From Spirochaetia bacterium (lineage in GTDB: Bacteria > Spirochaetota > Spirochaetia > CADAEX01), in assembly GCA_963662795.1 (NCBI GenBank), contig OY759746.1:3616001-3680000 (forward strand): 64,000 bases of DNA, in the 5' to 3' direction. A program made the position numbers and the translations under genes. This document shows positions 42,151 to 53,694 of the stretch, piece by piece; positions within the stretch are counted from its first letter, which is position 1, and every line of letters begins with the position of its first letter. The notes beneath the pieces were generated by a model. That model ran no database searches. It saw only the letters and a program-made list of their open reading frames with translations, and was not told the origin of the DNA.

Positions 42151-42378
42151 TTATTTTACTTTTTCGATTATAACGTCCCATTCGCCGTCACCAACTTCTT
42201 CAACTTCAACATTGTGGCCATCAGTTCTTGCCCATTCAGGGAGATTTTTCATTGCACAGCTGTGATCTATTTGAACTATCAGGATATCCCCGATTTCAAG
42301 TTCTGCCAATTTTTTCTGTGCTTTTACGAGAGGTACCGGACAAGCTTCTCCCAGACAATCAAGTTCTACTTCTTTCAT
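42151..42378 (-). CDS. TusA/YeeD-family sulfur carrier
   Basis: LDCLGEACPVP (CPxP); SD AGGAG upstream of ATG 42378. Confidence 0.9.
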   Translation of the reverse strand: MKEVELDCLGEACPVPLVKAQKKLAELEIGDILIVQIDHSCAMKNLPEWARTDGHNVEVEEVGDGEWDVIIEKVK

Positions 42379-42395
42379 TTTAATACTCCTTAATT

Positions 42396-43130
42396 TCAAT
42401 GACTTTGTTCCGCTTTTCTTTTGCCCCATTTATCAGCAGCAATCCATAAAAAAGCGATAATTAATAACTGTATTGTTACAGCCCCAAACCAACCGAATAC
42501 ATCGGGAAGGAAAACGGCTTTCCCTTTCATAATTACATTAAGCTGCCACCATCCGAAATCATGAGCAGCCCAAAGTGACCCTGCAACAAAAAACACTAGG
42601 GAGAGTATCTGCATTGCAAAGCCTTCGCCAACTCTCATCAGAGTACCTGATGCACACCCGCCGGCTATAACCATTCCTATTCCGAAAATTAAACCGCCGA
42701 GCACCGTTGCAAGACTTACAGGAACAACAAAACCCTGTCCCGGGATCGGCATACCATTAATAAATGCACCGTACTTTATCGCAGTAAATCCCAAGGTAGT
42801 AATTGCAAGTGCTGCAAGAACTGATTTTGTCAGATTTGTCCCTCCGGTTAAGTATGGATCCCTCATTGAGGCAGTAAAACAGAATCTTGTTTTCTGAAGG
42901 ACAAAACCGAAAAGATTACCTGTGATCCAGAAAAATGCCAGTGTTTTTGAGATAAAACTTAATGCAAAACCCGATATTACAATAAGCACAAGAATTCCAA
43001 GACCAGGCAATATTTGATCTTTTTTAGGTTTTCTCGAAGCAGTCCTGCTGCTTCTTCTTATACCTGATATACCGCCAGAAGCTGAAGCATCAGGCACAGA
43101 AGTTTTAGTGATGTTTTTTTCATCTCCCAC
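42396..43130 (-). CDS. YeeE/YedE sulfur-compound transporter, half corresponding to the N-terminal part
   Basis: GFVLQKTRFCF, FGIGMVIAGGCASGTLMRVGEG. Confidence 0.9.
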   Translation of the reverse strand: MGDEKNITKTSVPDASASGGISGIRRSSRTASRKPKKDQILPGLGILVLIVISGFALSFISKTLAFFWITGNLFGFVLQKTRFCFTASMRDPYLTGGTNLTKSVLAALAITTLGFTAIKYGAFINGMPIPGQGFVVPVSLATVLGGLIFGIGMVIAGGCASGTLMRVGEGFAMQILSLVFFVAGSLWAAHDFGWWQLNVIMKGKAVFLPDVFGWFGAVTIQLLIIAFLWIAADKWGKRKAEQSH

Positions 43131-43329
43131 TTTGTGGATCTCCTTTTATAAAAGATTTATATCAATTGCGTTATATGTTTGTATATAAATATATAAATGT
43201 AACAATGTTATATAAATAGAATACATGAAAATACATATATTGGTCAATATTCATTAAACTAGATTAGTCTAATTTAATGAATTAATAATTATTGACAATA
43301 ATCTTTTTAATATCTATCTTTTTTAAATT

Positions 43330-44574
43330 ATGGAATTATTATCCCCTGCAGGCAGTATAGAGAAACTATTTTATGCATATGAATATGGAGCTGATGCAGC
43401 TTATATAGGACTTAAAAACTTTTCACTCAGAGCAAAAGCTGATAATTTCAGAAAAGACGAATACCTTGAAATTAAGAATATAAAAAAGAATAAAAAACTA
43501 TACGCGGCACTTAATATCTATTTTCATGATAACGACATAAAACACCTTGAAAGTGAAATTGAATATATATCAAATTATCCTATAGATGCCTTTATAATTA
43601 GTGATATTGGTCTTCTTCCTGTTATGAAAAAATATTTTCCCAATACTGAACTACATTTAAGCACACAAGCAAATTGTGTTAACACAAATTCAGCAAAACT
43701 TTACAGGGATATGGGATTTTCAAGGATAATTCCCGGGCGAGAATTATCTCTGAGGGAAATTGAAGCCATAAAAAGAGATGTTGATAATCTTGAAATTGAA
43801 GTTTTCGTTCACGGGGCGATGTGTCTGGCCTATTCCGGCAGATGCTTTTTAAGCAAATATCTTGCCGCCCGCTCTGCAAATAAAGGCGATTGCGCCCATT
43901 CCTGCCGATGGAAATACAGGGTTCTTGAAGAATCCGAACGGCAAGGAGAATATTTCCCATTGATTGAAGGTGAAAATTTCACATCTATCCTCTCTTCTAA
44001 AGACATTTGTATGATAGATCATATAAAAGATCTTCAAAATGCAGGTATTGATTCCCTAAAAATTGAGGGAAGGATGAAATCTATCTATTATACAGCAGTA
44101 GTTACCCGGGCCTACAGAAAAATGATTGATTATATATCAGCTGGCAATAATGATTTTGAGGGACGGAGGAATAATTTTATCGATAAAAATATAGATCAAT
44201 ATGTCAATGAAATTTATAAAGTCAGCCACAGAGAATTTTCAACAGGTTTTTACTATACAAAAGAAGATATTGAAGAATCTACTTATAAATCTTATATGAA
44301 AAAGTATAATTTTCTTGGTAGTATTATTGAATTAGTAAATAACACATCTTCCCCCAATAAATATTGTTATCTGCTTGATGTAAAAAACCAAATTTCTGTA
44401 AATAAAGAAATAGAATATATAGGACCAGATCTTCTTTATAAGATTGACACTAATTACAGTCTTTACGATGAAAATTTCAACAAAGTCGAAAAAACAGATC
44501 ATGGGAAAATTTCATATCTCGTAACTGATGAAAAATTAGAAACAGGATTTATAATTCGCGAAAAATATCATTGA
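43330..44574 (+). CDS. U32-family protein (TrhP-like tRNA hydroxylation protein)
   Basis: MELLSPAG, HLSTQ, EVFVHGAMCLAYSGRC, CAHSCR, KIEGRMKS. Confidence 0.9.
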   Translation: MELLSPAGSIEKLFYAYEYGADAAYIGLKNFSLRAKADNFRKDEYLEIKNIKKNKKLYAALNIYFHDNDIKHLESEIEYISNYPIDAFIISDIGLLPVMKKYFPNTELHLSTQANCVNTNSAKLYRDMGFSRIIPGRELSLREIEAIKRDVDNLEIEVFVHGAMCLAYSGRCFLSKYLAARSANKGDCAHSCRWKYRVLEESERQGEYFPLIEGENFTSILSSKDICMIDHIKDLQNAGIDSLKIEGRMKSIYYTAVVTRAYRKMIDYISAGNNDFEGRRNNFIDKNIDQYVNEIYKVSHREFSTGFYYTKEDIEESTYKSYMKKYNFLGSIIELVNNTSSPNKYCYLLDVKNQISVNKEIEYIGPDLLYKIDTNYSLYDENFNKVEKTDHGKISYLVTDEKLETGFIIREKYH

Positions 44575-45064
44575 AAAAATATTTTAATAGCTTCTTTTCT
44601 AAATTATTAGGTGGATCAATAAATCTATATTTTTTATAGTTTATTCCACAGTATAAATAATTACGGACGTTTTTAACAATTTTTGCAGCAACAGGGTTAT
44701 TAGCAATATATTTATATGCGTAAATGAACTCTTTTAAGTTTTCAATAATAGTACTTTTAAATCTATCATACCAAACATGTCCAATATATCCATATTTTTT
44801 ATTATATCTAATTGCAAAAACACTCAATATCCACTGCATAATTTTTGACAAATTTACATTTTCTCCAGGTTTGATCAATAAATGGATATGATTATCCATA
44901 ATACAAAAGTTTTTTATTTGGAATGAATACTTTTTTTTAGCTTTTTTCAGTACTATAATAAACATCTCTTTTATTTCCGTGGTATTAAAAATAAATTCTT
45001 TCCTGTTAGCTCTCGCAACTACATGATAAAAAACATCTTCCTTTATTTTTCTTGGGATTCTCAT
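44549..45064 (-). CDS. HUH Y1 transposase (RAYT / IS200-like)
   Basis: YHVVARAN, FCIMDNHIHLL (HUH), GHVWYDRFKS, YIANNPV (catalytic Tyr). Confidence 0.9.
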   Translation of the reverse strand: MRIPRKIKEDVFYHVVARANRKEFIFNTTEIKEMFIIVLKKAKKKYSFQIKNFCIMDNHIHLLIKPGENVNLSKIMQWILSVFAIRYNKKYGYIGHVWYDRFKSTIIENLKEFIYAYKYIANNPVAAKIVKNVRNYLYCGINYKKYRFIDPPNNLEKKLLKYFFNDIFREL

Positions 45065-45099
45065 ACATTAATTAACATATGCAATTACTTTGCTGCTTC

Positions 45100-45138
45100 A
45101 AAACATGGATTAAAAGTTATACTATTAATCCATGTTTT
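45100..45138. repeat. Inverted repeat upstream of the Y1 transposase
   Basis: 14-bp arms AAAACATGGATTAA-N11-TTAATCCATGTTTT. Confidence 0.65.
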
Positions 45139-45219
45139 TGGCACAGGGAGCATGTAGATCTGATTATTTGAAACCTCCGTCCCTTTACTCAACTCAGCTA
45201 GGTAATAAAATATTTAAAT

Positions 45220-47085
45220 CTATTCCGGTTTATAAAGACTTTCCGGAACTACTCTAACCGCTCCTTTATCAGCAGATGTTACAAAGTATGAGTAGGCTTT
45301 AAGAGAATCAGAAATAATTCTATCACGGACAGGTGTATATGCATCTTTTCCTCTATTTTTTTCATCTTTTTTTCTTTTTTCTAACTCACTAACGTTGATA
45401 TCAAGATTTATTGACCTTGCAGGTATATCAATTTCTATAATGTCGTTATCTTTTATGAGAGCAATTGTCCCTCCCGATGCTGCTTCAGGAGAAATATGGC
45501 CAATCGAAAGGCCTGAAGTACCTCCAGAGAATCTTCCGTCAGTAATTAAAGCACATTCCTTGCCAAGATGTATGGATTTTATGTAAGAAGTTGGATATAG
45601 CATTTCCTGCATTCCTGGTCCACCCTTTGGGCCTTCATAAATAATTACAACAATATCACCTGCTGTTATTTTCCCACCCAGGATCGCATCACAAGCAAGC
45701 TCTTGTGAATGAAACACTCTAGCTTTACCTCTGAATTTAAAAAGAGAACTGTCTACACCTGCTGTTTTTATTATTGATCCCTTCTCGGCAATATTGCCAT
45801 AAAGGACAGCAAGTCCTCCGTCCCTATAATAACAGTTCTCAACACCTCTAATACACCCATTTTTATTATCAGTATCAAGCTCTTTAAATGTTGAGTCCTG
45901 TGAACCTAAAATAAGATTAAATACACCTCCAGGTGCCGACTTGGCATTTTCAAATGCTTCAGGCATAGCCTTAACACCTGATATATCATAAGCATCAAGT
46001 GTTTCGCCTAGGCTAGATGAATCAACTCTTTTTACAGTTTTATCAATGAGACCAGCTCGTGCAAGTTCAGAAAGTATCCTTATAATACCTCCTGCCCTGT
46101 TTACATCTTCAACATGATAGCTTGAACTTGGAGCTACTTTGCATATACACGGGACCTTTCTGGATAATTCATCAATGTCCTTCATAGTAAAATCAGCTTT
46201 TGCTTCCTGCGCTATTGCAAGAAGGTGAAGTACTGTATTTGTTGAACCTCCCATGGCAATATCAAGAGTCATGGAGTTCAGGAATGCATTTCGTGTTCCG
46301 ATTGAGCGGGGGAGAACAGAATCATCCCCAAGTCTGTAATAGCGGTCAGCATTTTTAACAATCTGCAGGGCAGCCTTTCTGAATAGCTCTTTTCTCCTTT
46401 TATGTGTAGCAACAATAGTACCGTTACCGGGAAGCGCAAGACCAAGCGCTTCATTAAGGCAATTCATTGAATTAGCAGTAAACATACCGGAACAGCTTCC
46501 GCATGTTGGGCAGGCGTTCCTCTCAAGTTCATCAACATCGCCGTCAGAAATATTTTTATCAGCACTCTGTACCATTGCATCGATAAGATCTATTTTTTTA
46601 CCTTTATAATTTCCTGCCTCCATCGGTCCCCCTGATACAAAAATCGCAGGGATATTAAGTCTCATAGCAGCCATGAGCATTCCGGGAGTTATTTTATCGC
46701 AATTACTAATACAGACAAGAGCGTCAACTCTATGCGCATTGCACATATATTCAACACTATCTGCAATTAAATCCCTTGATGGCAAGGAATAAAGCATCCC
46801 GTCATGTCCCATTGCTATACCGTCATCAATTGCAATTGTGTTAAATTCTGCTGCAAAACAACCCTGTTCTTCGATAATTGATTTTACATATTGTCCAATT
46901 TCATGTAGATGAACATGTCCCGGAACCATCTGAGTAAAAGAGTTGGCTATCCCAATAATAGGTTTACCCATCTGATTTTTTTTCATTCCATTTGCAATCC
47001 AGAGACTTCTCGCCCCTGCCATCTTCCTATCTTCCATAGTCAGACTGCTTCTCAATTTATTTTTCATTTGAACTATTTTTTCCAT
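45220..47085 (-). CDS. ilvD: Dihydroxy-acid dehydratase
   Basis: [50 protein letters not shown]. Confidence 0.97.
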   Translation of the reverse strand: MEKIVQMKNKLRSSLTMEDRKMAGARSLWIANGMKKNQMGKPIIGIANSFTQMVPGHVHLHEIGQYVKSIIEEQGCFAAEFNTIAIDDGIAMGHDGMLYSLPSRDLIADSVEYMCNAHRVDALVCISNCDKITPGMLMAAMRLNIPAIFVSGGPMEAGNYKGKKIDLIDAMVQSADKNISDGDVDELERNACPTCGSCSGMFTANSMNCLNEALGLALPGNGTIVATHKRRKELFRKAALQIVKNADRYYRLGDDSVLPRSIGTRNAFLNSMTLDIAMGGSTNTVLHLLAIAQEAKADFTMKDIDELSRKVPCICKVAPSSSYHVEDVNRAGGIIRILSELARAGLIDKTVKRVDSSSLGETLDAYDISGVKAMPEAFENAKSAPGGVFNLILGSQDSTFKELDTDNKNGCIRGVENCYYRDGGLAVLYGNIAEKGSIIKTAGVDSSLFKFRGKARVFHSQELACDAILGGKITAGDIVVIIYEGPKGGPGMQEMLYPTSYIKSIHLGKECALITDGRFSGGTSGLSIGHISPEAASGGTIALIKDNDIIEIDIPARSINLDINVSELEKRKKDEKNRGKDAYTPVRDRIISDSLKAYSYFVTSADKGAVRVVPESLYKPE

Positions 47086-47110
47086 CACTCTACTCCTTTT
47101 TCTATTAGAA

Positions 47111-48394
47111 TCATATTTCTTTTACTGCTTTAAAAATTAGTTTCAAAAGTTCAGGAATTTTTTCAATATCTACAGACGAAAATGCAATTCGCAGATATTT
47201 TCCCGAAATTGAAATTGTACCTGTGGAATATTCTTCAAGAAGATGTTTTCGAAGCTTCTCAGCGTCTTTTCCAAGCAATTCGAATGTCATGAAATATCCT
47301 GAATTAAAAGGAAGAATCTTAAGAGGTACATCTGCAGGTATATTTTGAACAATTTCTTTTACTTTTAAATATCGTTCTTTCATCCGTGCTCCGGCAAATT
47401 CCTTTTCCTGATGATAAGTACCGCTTGAAAGTCCTTTTAATAAAAGGTTTTGCGTGATATTACAACAGCTTGAAACAGATGATCTTATAGCACCCATTGT
47501 TTTTTGCTGAAGGGCTTCATACTGCTCTTTGGTTATCCCCTTTCCTCCGTAGGTTATAAAACCTGTTCTGAATCCCCAGACTAGTTCTTCCTTTGTAGCA
47601 CCGTCTATTTTTACTGCCAGTATATTTTTATGAAGATTACAAAGTTTTCCGAAAAGAGATTCTGTAGATGTGTTTTCTTCAAAAAAAAGTCCAAAATACG
47701 CATCATCGCAAATCACAAGTATTTTGTGCCCATTTTCTGCAAGTCTGTTAAACATTGATATAATTTCATCAGACTCTTCTACAGAAGGTGAATAACCTGT
47801 AGGATTATTTGGAAAATTAAGAATAACGGCTGTTTTTTTATTTCCAGTTGATTTAATAGTATTTTCAAGGCCTTTTATATTTATTTTATCATCATCAAAA
47901 AACGGATAGTTGACAACGTTTCCCTGCCTCCGTCCCTCTATAATAAGCTTATAATTACCCCAATACATATCAGGCACTACTACACTGTCGTCTTTTTCTA
48001 CAAAAAGATCGGCGGCTATAGAGATTCCATGGGTAAGACCTGACGTTACAATTGGCAGAGAAATAAGAGAATCTCCGATTGAAGGATTTTTTTTAAGCAT
48101 CTCATCTTTCCAGATTTCCCTGAGTTTCAATATTCCTGCTGTAGGTGCATAGCTGAATATCTCAGAGGGTTCAAGCCCGCTGATATGTTTCATTATCGAT
48201 GGTAGAAACATAGGTTTATTATCGCTTGTCGCCATACCTACTGTTGCATTATATTTTTTAGCCTTGGCACCGGCCTCTGCAGCCTGTGAAACAATTCCTT
48301 TGGGAAAAAACATTCTTTTTCCAAGGTCCGAAAGAAGTGTATAAATAGTTGAATTATCAAGTACTGCATTAAGTTCTTTAACGATTGGTTCCAT
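47111..48394 (-). CDS. Class I/II PLP-dependent aminotransferase
   Basis: [18 protein letters not shown]...GFR; SD AAGGAG before ATG 48394. Confidence 0.9.
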   Translation of the reverse strand: MEPIVKELNAVLDNSTIYTLLSDLGKRMFFPKGIVSQAAEAGAKAKKYNATVGMATSDNKPMFLPSIMKHISGLEPSEIFSYAPTAGILKLREIWKDEMLKKNPSIGDSLISLPIVTSGLTHGISIAADLFVEKDDSVVVPDMYWGNYKLIIEGRRQGNVVNYPFFDDDKINIKGLENTIKSTGNKKTAVILNFPNNPTGYSPSVEESDEIISMFNRLAENGHKILVICDDAYFGLFFEENTSTESLFGKLCNLHKNILAVKIDGATKEELVWGFRTGFITYGGKGITKEQYEALQQKTMGAIRSSVSSCCNITQNLLLKGLSSGTYHQEKEFAGARMKERYLKVKEIVQNIPADVPLKILPFNSGYFMTFELLGKDAEKLRKHLLEEYSTGTISISGKYLRIAFSSVDIEKIPELLKLIFKAVKEI

Positions 48395-48703
48395 ACAAAA
48401 CTCCTTCAAGCAAATACATAACCGTATAATATAACTATTTTGACAGATAAACTCCAACTTATCAATATTTATTATTATGCCGTACACATAAGAAGAGTTT
48501 TTATAATTGCAATATTTGCAATTATAAATTGACCACTAAAACAATTAAAAGATAATATTATCTTTACCTGTAGGACTTTAAGTAAAAAAATCGTCATTCA
48601 GTATTCCTGTTGGTGTTTGCGCATAATGGGGCAAAATATGATTACAGTTCATTAATGGCTGTAAAAAAGCTGACTGTATAATAAAAATATTTCAGGAGTA
48701 TTT

Positions 48704-50205
48704 ATGGAACATTTTGGTATTTTAGGACTTCTTCCTCCGTTTCTGACTATTGCACGTGCTCTGATAACAAAAGATGTAATTATATCACTGTTCATCGGGA
48801 TATTATCAGGAACTCTGATTGTTGCAGGGGGAAATCCTGTTGCAGCAGGTATGTCACTTACAGACTGGATTGCAAATTTTCTTGCAGACGGCTGGAACAT
48901 CAGAATTTTTCTTTTTTGCGGACTTCTCGGAGCACTTGTTGGAATGCTTTCAAAAACTAGAGATGCTTTTTCATTTGTAGACTGGGCTGCCAGCAAACTG
49001 AAATTTAAAAAACAATGCCTCCTCTTTACATGGTTTTTCGGCCTTATTGTCTTTATCGATGATTATTTTAATTCCCTTACAATTAGAACAGTTATGCGTT
49101 CTTTAACTGATAAAACAGGCACTTCCAGAGCCAAACTTGCATATATTCTTGACTCAACCGCAGCTCTTCTGGTATGCATTATTGCTCCAATTTCATCCTG
49201 GGTAGTTTATGTTATGTCGGTAATCAAGGATTCAAACGGGTTTTCATCACTTGGAATAGGAGGATAAAATTCTTTTTGATGAAATTAAATATGGCCTTCC
49301 TGCAGGTAAAATTGATGAAGAAACCAGAGGGGAAAATACCCGTCCAATGGATATGCTTTTACCAATAATGGCACTTATCATATTTGCTGTTGTTTTTTTC
49401 CCTTCAACAACATGGTTTGCTTGCCATTGACGGAGAATCAATTAAAAGCCTGCCTGATGCAGTAAAGTCAATTCCTCTTTCAACTGCATTTAATGATACA
49501 ATGCATCAGCCGCACTTATGTATACGGTGATATTTACTTTGGTTTTATCATATATATTATATTTCACGGAGATTTATTACAATAAAAACAGCTGCATCAG
49601 CGATTATTGAAGGTATCAAATCCATGGTTCCGGCACTCATTATACTTGCCATGGCATGGTCTATAGGATCTTTAATAAAAAGCACACCAGAGAACGGCGG
49701 TCTTGGCCTCTCTTTATTCCTGTCTGAAGATGTTGTTAACGGTGGGTTTCTACTATGGCTGCTTCCTGTAGTGGTATTTATAATTTCCTGTCTTATCTCT
49801 TTCTCAACAGGCACCAGTTGGGGAACATTTGCCATAATGATTCCCATTGTAATGCCCATTACAATAGCGCTTGCCCAGTCCATGAATCTTGATGGGGATT
49901 CATTTTTAAACGCAACACTGATACCAACAGGTGCAGTTCTTGGCGGTGCTATTTTCGGCGATCATTCTTCCCCGATATCAGATACCACTATTCTTTCTTC
50001 GACCGGAGCCTCATGCCCCCATCTTGAGCATGTCGCGACACAGGTACCATATGCACTTTTTATTGCGTTCATTGCTCTTGCAGGCCATCTTGCTTCAGGT
50101 ATAACAAAGAACTTATTTGCTGGTTTAAGTTTAACGATTATATTATTTATTGCAGGATTTTTTTTCTTACTAAAAGATATGGAACCAATAGCTGATAGAA
50201 TGTAA
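48704..50205 (+). pseudogene. NhaC-family antiporter / amino-acid transporter, fragmented
   Basis: FIDDYFN, LAYILDSTAA, PISSW in the first fragment; GTSWGTFAI and GDHSSPISDTTILSSTGA in the last. Frameshifts and stops between 49260 and 49560. Confidence 0.85.
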
Positions 50206-50283
50206 AAATTAAACTGCTTTAAACAACCTGTCTGAACCGATAATGCTTAAGAAAGTGTGTTAATCCGGCAGGCAGGTAATTTT

Positions 50284-52041
50284 TTATATTTCTTTATTGC
50301 TGAAATATAACCGGAAAGTTGTACCGATCCCTACTTCGCTCTCAACCTCAATCTTGCCGCCGTGAGTTCTCGCAACATGCTTTACAATCGCAAGCCCAAG
50401 CCCTGTTCCCCCTAAATCACGGCTCCGTGATTTATCAACACGGTAAAACCTGTCAAATATTCTGTCAATATTCTTTTTGGAAATCCCTGGGCCTGAATCT
50501 GAAACTGTTATTATAACATTATTATCAACCAGCTCTGCGCTTATATTAATAACTGTATCCGGATATCCATACTTGACTGCATTATCAATAAGATTGGACA
50601 CAGCCTGTTCCGCAAGAATTGGATGGGCAAAAAGCTCAAGTTCATCATCACAGTCAACAATAATTCTCATATTTTTCTGTTCTGCAATATATGAACATGC
50701 CGATGCCGAGCTGCCGATAAGATCAGTAACCGGAATAATTTCCTTAGTAAGTTTTACAAGTTCATCATCTACTTTGGAAAGAGTAAGAAGGTCCTCAATA
50801 ATTTTTTCCAGCCTTACAGCCTGCCTGTTTATTACAGAAAGAAAATTTCTGATGTCTTTCTCCTCAGAAACCCTTCCTGCCAGCAGGGTTTCCACATAAC
50901 CAATGATTGAAGTTACAGGTGTTTTTAATTCATGGGAAACATTAGCTACAAACTCTTTCCTCATTTTTTCAAGTCTTTTAATACCTGATATATCATTCAT
51001 AACTAAAAGTGCGGCATTCTTTTCTTCTCCCAGTTTTTCTATAAATGAGACATGAACAAGATAATAAAGCTGATCCTCTTCGTTAAGACAGACTATCTCT
51101 TCCTGGTATTTTCTGGTTTTTATTCCGTTTTTTACAATTTTCAGGATCTGTGTGTTTTTTAATATTGAATTTAACTTTCTTGAGCTTACTATTTTCTCGC
51201 TGTCAATGACATCAACAGCTGAGGGGTTAATCTCTCTTACATTCATATTTTCATCAAGAAGAATAACCGGTTCAGTCATGGTGTTGAGCATCGCCTGGAG
51301 TTCATTCCTTTGTGATGTAATGGTATTGATTTTATCCTTAAGCTGCTTACCCATAATATTTATGGATTTACCTAAATCCTGTAATTCGAAATTCCCTCCC
51401 TCCTCAAGAGATATGGAAAAATCGCCTGAAGCATAATGCTCTGCCACATTTTTTATTGAATTAATATGATCGCTCGTGTTTTTTGCTATTAGATAGGCAA
51501 AAATAGTTGCAAAAAAAAGTATAATAAATGTAGAAATAGCAAGTCTTATATATATAAATTTAACCTGACGCTTTATATCCTCAACGGAAATTGAAGTTCT
51601 TACGATAAGATTTCGGGTAGGGACCGGAATCGCAATGTAATACATCTCTTCACGCATTGTTGTGCTGTACCTTACAGATTTTCCTATAAAGCCGCGGAGC
51701 GCATCCTGCACCTCAGGTCTGTTAAAATGGTTTTCCATAACTGACGGGTCGCTGTGAGAATCAGCAAGAACACTTCCGGAATACTGGATCAGGGTAAGGC
51801 GGATCCTGGTCCCTGCAGAAGCCCTGAATGCAAAATCCTGTGCGTTATAAAGTGAAACAAATCCTTTTTCGGGCAGCATGTTTACTATTAAGTTACATAT
51901 TGTCTCCTGTTCTTTTGCAGTTTTATCATTTATTATCTGAACCAGCGTCCTTGTAGACAGAAAAGCAGAGACAAAAATTGATGCGAAAATGAGTATTATC
52001 TGAATTGTAAAAAACTGAAAGAATAGAGTTTTATTTCTCAT
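50284..52041 (-). CDS. PhoR-like sensor histidine kinase (HAMP-PAS-HisKA-HATPase)
   Basis: MENHFNRPEV, RKEFVANVSHELKTP, RFYRVDKSRSR-GGTGLGL. Confidence 0.9.
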   Translation of the reverse strand: MRNKTLFFQFFTIQIILIFASIFVSAFLSTRTLVQIINDKTAKEQETICNLIVNMLPEKGFVSLYNAQDFAFRASAGTRIRLTLIQYSGSVLADSHSDPSVMENHFNRPEVQDALRGFIGKSVRYSTTMREEMYYIAIPVPTRNLIVRTSISVEDIKRQVKFIYIRLAISTFIILFFATIFAYLIAKNTSDHINSIKNVAEHYASGDFSISLEEGGNFELQDLGKSINIMGKQLKDKINTITSQRNELQAMLNTMTEPVILLDENMNVREINPSAVDVIDSEKIVSSRKLNSILKNTQILKIVKNGIKTRKYQEEIVCLNEEDQLYYLVHVSFIEKLGEEKNAALLVMNDISGIKRLEKMRKEFVANVSHELKTPVTSIIGYVETLLAGRVSEEKDIRNFLSVINRQAVRLEKIIEDLLTLSKVDDELVKLTKEIIPVTDLIGSSASACSYIAEQKNMRIIVDCDDELELFAHPILAEQAVSNLIDNAVKYGYPDTVINISAELVDNNVIITVSDSGPGISKKNIDRIFDRFYRVDKSRSRDLGGTGLGLAIVKHVARTHGGKIEVESEVGIGTTFRLYFSNKEI

Positions 52042-52054
52042 TATTTAAGGTTTA

Positions 52055-52753
52055 TTATTCTGCCTGAATTCTGTACCCGACACCTCTTACTGTTTCAATA
52101 AAACGTCCCTGACTGCCGAGTTTTTTTCTGATCCCGAGAATCTGCACATCCACAGACCGGGGAGTTACGGGGTAATTCCCCCCTTTTACTGCATCAATTA
52201 TCTGGCTTCTTGAAAAAACCCACCCTGGATTGGAAGCAAGAAATTTAAGTATCGCAAACTCGGTAGCTGAAAGATTAACAAATTCACCTCTTGCAAAAAC
52301 TTCATGGCGTGGAAGGTCTATGATAATATCATGTATTTTAAAATGTCTTTGAGCTGCAGGTTCAGTTCCAGTTTCATTTTTTCTCCTCATGGCAGCGTGA
52401 ACCCTGGCAATAAGTATTCGGGGGCTGAAAGGTTTTGTAATATAATCATCAGCTCCAATTTCAAGTCCTTTGACGACATCGGTGTCTTCAGAGCGTGCAG
52501 TAAGCATTATTATCGGTACATCACGAGTTGCAACGTTTTTCTTTAGATATCGGCAGACTTCAAATCCGTCGATTCCGGGAAGCATAACATCAAGAATTAT
52601 TATATCTGGATATTCACGCTCTGCAATTTCAATCGCCTCTTCCCCATTTTTAGCCTTGAATACTTCCATGTTGCTCATTTCCAGATTAAAGGCAATCAGC
52701 TCCCTAATATCATCTTCATCTTCGACAACAAGCAATTTTTGTTTTTTATTCAT
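52055..52753 (-). CDS. PhoB/OmpR-family response regulator
   Basis: VVEDE, LDVMLP, GADDYITKPF, winged-helix IETVRGVGY. Confidence 0.92.
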   Translation of the reverse strand: MNKKQKLLVVEDEDDIRELIAFNLEMSNMEVFKAKNGEEAIEIAEREYPDIIILDVMLPGIDGFEVCRYLKKNVATRDVPIIMLTARSEDTDVVKGLEIGADDYITKPFSPRILIARVHAAMRRKNETGTEPAAQRHFKIHDIIIDLPRHEVFARGEFVNLSATEFAILKFLASNPGWVFSRSQIIDAVKGGNYPVTPRSVDVQILGIRKKLGSQGRFIETVRGVGYRIQAE

Positions 52754-52930
52754 TACTTTTTTTTAACATATCTTTCAATGTTTTTCCACCTTATAGAATT
52801 AACTCAATAAAATTACAGGATTATTATTTATTTTATTTTTACATTTCGGGAATATTATATTATATATAACTGTATATTGACATTATATTTTTTTTATTAA
52901 TATTATTGATTGTTATAAAAGCCAAAAAAT

Positions 52931-53590
52931 ATGAACACCTTTGATTTACTTAAATATTTTCCGGTTATTTGCAGAGATATTAACCTGATTGATCAGCTTT
53001 ACCGCAGGATAGATTTAAAAACCGGCCTCTTTGCTTCAGATTATGCAATTAAATGCCCTCAGGGCTGCGGCAGCTGTTGCAGCATTTACGAACCTGATAT
53101 TTATTATTCCGAAGCCTTATTTGCCGCATTCTGGATTATCAAGGAAAACAAAAGCTTATCATCTTTATTTCAAAATATTGAAAACAGAAAAAATTGTATT
53201 TTTTACGATGATAAAAATGATTACCACTGCCTGATCTATCCAGCACGGCCGCTTTTATGCAGGGCTTTTGCATTTTTAGGAGTTTTGGACAAATACGGAA
53301 ATCACAAATACAAATCATGTAAATTCATGGACGAAAGAAAAGAATTTTCAGGGAATTTTGTTCCATTAATGACTAATGAGGGAAATACAATATTATACAA
53401 TAATGATATGGAAAATCCCCTGCCGCTCTCTGTAGCTGTTGAAAAAGCCTGGCAGAAAATTTCTTTTATCATGAATTCGGCAGCGATGGAAAACACAAAT
53501 ACCGACATATCAAGAAAGTATATACCAGATTGTGATATTGCACCTGATGACAGGCATCCGCCCGATACAGCGCCTCAACCGGCAGCATAA
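52931..53590 (+). CDS. YkgJ-family cysteine-cluster protein
   Basis: CPQGCGSCC...CIFY...CLIYPARPLLCRAF. Confidence 0.85.
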   Translation: MNTFDLLKYFPVICRDINLIDQLYRRIDLKTGLFASDYAIKCPQGCGSCCSIYEPDIYYSEALFAAFWIIKENKSLSSLFQNIENRKNCIFYDDKNDYHCLIYPARPLLCRAFAFLGVLDKYGNHKYKSCKFMDERKEFSGNFVPLMTNEGNTILYNNDMENPLPLSVAVEKAWQKISFIMNSAAMENTNTDISRKYIPDCDIAPDDRHPPDTAPQPAA

Positions 53591-53694
53591 ATATGCAGAA
53601 TTCAGAAACAAGGTTATTTAGCATCACTCAATATTTTACATACTATTTTCATTTAAAAGAAATTTAGTTCTTTCTATTATCAATATTTCTGATT

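Noticed and set aside
48540-48700. Lysine riboswitch upstream of the NhaC-family pseudogene
   Set aside because: Expected from context, but the conserved core and pairings could not be identified. An Rfam scan would decide.
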